64,000 bases of DNA, from the NCBI GenBank assembly GCA_918797485.1, contig CAKKNE010000002.1, positions 1,922,001 to 1,986,000 on the forward strand, written 5' to 3'. A program made the position numbers and the translations under genes. Origin of the DNA: Pelagomonas calceolata (lineage: Eukaryota). Under the pieces are notes generated by a model. It ran no database searches. It had not been told where the DNA came from and saw only the letters and a list, made by a program, of their open reading frames with translations. Below, one piece after another: positions 60,517 through 64,000 of this stretch. Within the stretch, counting starts at the first letter, position 1. Each line of letters opens with the position of its first letter.

Positions 60517-63500
60517 ATGTTCAAGAAGAAGGTCCCCAAGCCCTCGAGACCGGACGGGGTTGCCCCCGGCAAGACTGGTGGAGATGGTGCCCCGCCCGGC
60601 CCCCCCGGCGGCATCCCGCCCCACCTGCGGCCGCAGGAAGCGAAGAAGGGCGCGCCGCCGCCCGGCGCGCCGCCGGCCAACGCCATTAAGCCCGGCCAGA
60701 AAAAGGCCAAGCCGCCCGTCGACCGGACGAGCCATCTCGAGATCTACTCGACGACGAAGAAGGCCAAGGCCGAGGCGAAAGGGAGTCCCGAGGAGGCCGC
60801 CGAGGCCAAAAGTGGGGGAAGATCCTGGTTCGGGGGCAAGAAGAAGGACAAGGGCCGGCCCCCACCCAAAGGGTTGTCGAAGCCGCCGGGCGCGCCGCCC
60901 CTCGATAGAAAAGATAGCGAGGGCAAGCCCGTTCCTGTGAGTGCGGCAGCGAGAGCCGAGGCCAAGGCGTCTCGAAGCGAGCCCGTCGTCGTGAAGGAGC
61001 CCGAGCCGGAACCGGTCTATGCGCCGCCGCCGGAAGACGAATACATAGCGCCGCCCAAGAAGCAGGACAAGCGGAAGAAATTTAAATTAGAGAAGCCCGC
61101 ACCCGCCCAAATAGAGGAGCAGAGCGTCCAGTCGAGCGTCCAGGGACAACAACTCACGAGGGCGGAACCGCCCCCGGACCAATCATTTAAAAGACAAACA
61201 CCTCCGTATCGACCGCCGCCCGGCGCGCCGCCGGGCAAAGCGCCGCCTCGCGGTGCGGATGGCCATTCGCAGCCGCCGCCGGGCTGGCGACCGCCCAGGG
61301 AGCAAGAAGAGTTTGAAAAGCAGGAGGCGAAGCAACAACAAATGCTCGAGCTGGTCAAGGGCGCCCCGAAGGGGCGGCGGCCGCCCGGCGCGCCGCCTCC
61401 AATAAGAGCGGCGCCGCCCACGTCAAAAGACCACCCGGTAGCTGCGGGTAAAAGACCGACGAGACCGGAGCAGCCCCACGAGGATCTAGCACTTGTCAGT
61501 TCTGATGACGAGGACCCCGGCGCGCCCGACGAGTACGAGGAAGCGCGAGATGAAGGTGTTGTCGCGCCGCGGGACAAACCCCCGGCTGGGGGCGTACCAC
61601 CACCCCCGAGAGAAGCTCCTCCTGTGACGGGAGTGCCACCCCCACCAGCCGACGTTCCGGTCGCGCACTTGGCCGGCGCCAGCGCACCTGAAGCCGACAT
61701 CGACGCCCATCTGAAGCGAACGGTGAAAGCGGGACGGTTACGAATACGCTGTGTAGAAGCACACAACGTGCACAGGCGAGGCAGTGCACCGACCAAGACG
61801 AAGATCGACGCGTTCATGCGGTTCACGCTCGGGAGGCACAAGAAAGCCCCGAGAAAAAAGACGAAGATCTATCGACGGAGTAACCACCACCCCATCTTCG
61901 ACGACGAGGAGATCCGCTTTGATTTAGTCGATCCGTCGGACTACGTGGCGAACGGCGACATTGACCTCACTCTAGAATTGTTCGACCAGAACGCGTGGGC
62001 CGACGAGCTCATTTGTGCGGGCAACATTTCAATACTAAGATATATGGTCGAGGCGGGAGGCGTCGTCGAGACCGTATCCCTAAAGGTTCCTGGGGAAGAT
62101 CGCGCGGACACGACCTTTACTGGAGAATTTACGTTCGAACCGGCAGTCGTCGGCACTTGCGTCTTTACCCTGTATGAAGGCCGAAACCTAGCGAACATGG
62201 ATTCCGTGGGCAAGCAGGACCCCTACGTGAAACTCACGCTAGGCGACACGACGAAACAGTCGAAAACTTGTGAAGATGGCGGCACGGATCCCTATTTTGA
62301 AGAGGAGGAGCTCGTGCTGTGGATCGACGACACGGCCTGGACCGAGGACTTATTGGTGCAGGTCTACGACGAAGATGTGGGGCTGGATGATCTCATTGGC
62401 CAGTCCCATGTGCCTCTGTTGCCCTACATGGCGGTGCCGCCGCAACACGCCAAGGAACAAGTTTTCGAGCTGTTTAACAAAGTCGACGCGAAGAAACACC
62501 GCGGGGAGTTACTGATGAAATTGCAATTCCTACCAGCTGGTAAATTGACGATCAGATGTCTCAGCGCGAAGGGTTTGAGGAATCGAGACACCTTGGGAAG
62601 GCAGGACCCCTACGTCATCTTCACGACGTCGGGGGAATGCCACCGCATCCAGGAACGAACGCATGTCGACCAGGACGGCGGCACGGAGCCGACGTGGGAC
62701 TGCGACGTCGAGATGAGGGTCGTCGACCACCACGAGCTCTGGATCGAGTGCTACGACCACGACGCGATCGGGTCGGACGACCTCATCGGGAAGTGCAAAC
62801 TGTCGTTATTGCCCGTATTTAAAAGAGGTTTAATTGATACCTGGGTGACGATCAAGGAGGAGACGGAGTGGGGCAAGCCGAAGCCCGCCGGCGACATCCA
62901 CCTCATATTTGAATTTGAGGCGCCGCCGGGCATTCGGTATCCCCAGCACGCCCCGGGCATCGACTCCTTCGACGAGAAGGACCGTATTAGCAAGTTAGCT
63001 GAGGAGTTGAAGGCGAAACAAATTGCCGAGCTCGATGCGGGCCGCAAGGATAAAGCCGAATTAGCCGATCAAATCTTGGATCGCCAACGAGCCGCGAAAC
63101 GCGTACGCACGACGGAGTTCACGGACGGAGAGATCGAAGCAGCGTTCAAGTTTATAGATTTGGACCATAATGGGTATGTGGGAGCCGCGGAAATAAGGCA
63201 TGTACTCGTATGTATGGGCGAACTCATCACGGACGAGGAGGTGGACATGATGATCAAGATGGTCGACTCCGACGGCGACGGCCAAGTTTCGTTTACGGAG
63301 TTCTATAATGTGGTCACGGACCCCGACCCGGCGCACACGGACTTCGTGAAGATGGCGGCCCAGGAGGAAGAAGATCCGGCGCAATCGGGCGACCCGGGCC
63401 AGATGGACGCCAAGGCCCACGAGCGCCACAAGGAGATTACTCTCAGAAATAAGAAGCGCGAGATGATGGAGGCGTTTACCGTTTTTTGTCAGTGTGGCAA

Positions 63501-64000
63501 ACTTCAAGCTGTGCTTCAATTTGACGCGTGTCGCGGTTCGCGTGAGGTGTTGCTCTCTGAATATGGATCTCTTGGAGATCGTGTCCGAGTTTGGGCCGCT
63601 CCGAGGGCCGCGGAGTACTCACCGGTCGATGTCCCCACAGGTCGAGAACGGCGTCGGCCCCGCGGAGGTGCTGCACTGCTACTCGAAGTTCCTGCAACTC
63701 CCGCAAGAACGGAGGGTGGACTGCAAGGTCGACTTCGAGACGTACTGCGAGATTCTGAGTATAGAACCGACGGGCGAGACGCACATGTTGTTTTCGCTCT
63801 TTGACGAGGGCGGCGACGGCGACGTGGACATGAAGGAGTTCTTGCTGGGCATGTGCAACTTCACGGCCATGGACACGACGGAGCGCATCGACATGATCTT
63901 CGATCTTTTTGATGAAGACAAGTCGGGCTTCTTATCCACCAATGAATTGATTAAAATACTGCAGGCGAACCACATGCAGTCGTCGGGATCGGTCAAGAAG
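60517..64000 (+). CDS. Pro-rich, triple-C2-domain, multi-EF-hand protein (exons 60517-63480, 63641->64000; runs off the window)
   Basis: Three C2 domains (KQDPYV, RQDPYV, DDLIG) and EF-hands DLDHNG and DSDGDG. After the 160-nt intron the frame shifts to give further EF-hands DEGGDGDVD and DEDKSGFLS. Confidence 0.85.
63481..63640 (+). mobile_element. Degenerate introner-type intron in the C2/EF-hand gene
   Basis: The 3' end ACTCACCGG-TCGATGTCCCCACAG matches the family TIR at 12/15. 5' remnant CAGTGTGGCAAAC at 63490. The donor GTTTTT is weak and inferred from frame. Confidence 0.6.

Noticed and set aside
63481..63804. C-terminal 107 aa of the listed 1095-aa ORF
   Set aside because: Read-through of an intron. 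The EF-hand-encoding frame resumes after the AG at 63640.
1..64000. Numerous long antisense or alternative-frame ORFs (e.g. 8741-10090, 21545-22726, 26720-27883, 56825-58009)
   Set aside because: Shadow ORFs caused by high GC. They overlap well-supported genes and are Arg/Ala/Pro-rich with no motifs.

Overview
Compact, GC-rich eukaryotic genomic DNA, not prokaryotic. The tiny intergenic gaps, few short introns, bipartite plastid-targeting presequences, ciliary genes and TIR/TSD-bearing introns point to a pelagophyte stramenopile alga such as Pelagomonas or Aureococcus (inference). About 40 protein-coding genes are supported, including AMP deaminase, DNAAF1, lumazine synthase, a Mn-CDF transporter, eIF3a, Gpc1, NEMP, GcvT, SNF8, plastid EF-G and a C2/EF-hand protein. 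Many six-frame ORFs are only exons, and spliced models were rebuilt by hand. Three patterns stand out. (1) A bipartite quasi-palindromic element, CTAGCG-N(8-12)-CACTAG, occurs in 11 exact copies plus variants, and every copy I found lies in a 5'-flanking intergenic region, many of them divergent promoters. I do not recognise it as a described element. (2) A family of introner-type DNA-transposon introns has 15-bp TIRs (consensus CTGTGYGGAAATCAA), 8-bp target-site duplications that supply the GT or GC donor, and a shared internal core; members are spliceable in either orientation and at different stages of decay. (3) Two intronless MYND-RINGv-TPR paralogs flank eIF3a, and several proteins have unusual domain fusions. 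No rRNA, tRNA or CRISPR was recognised. All splice models and domain calls are from reading the sequence; no searches were run.
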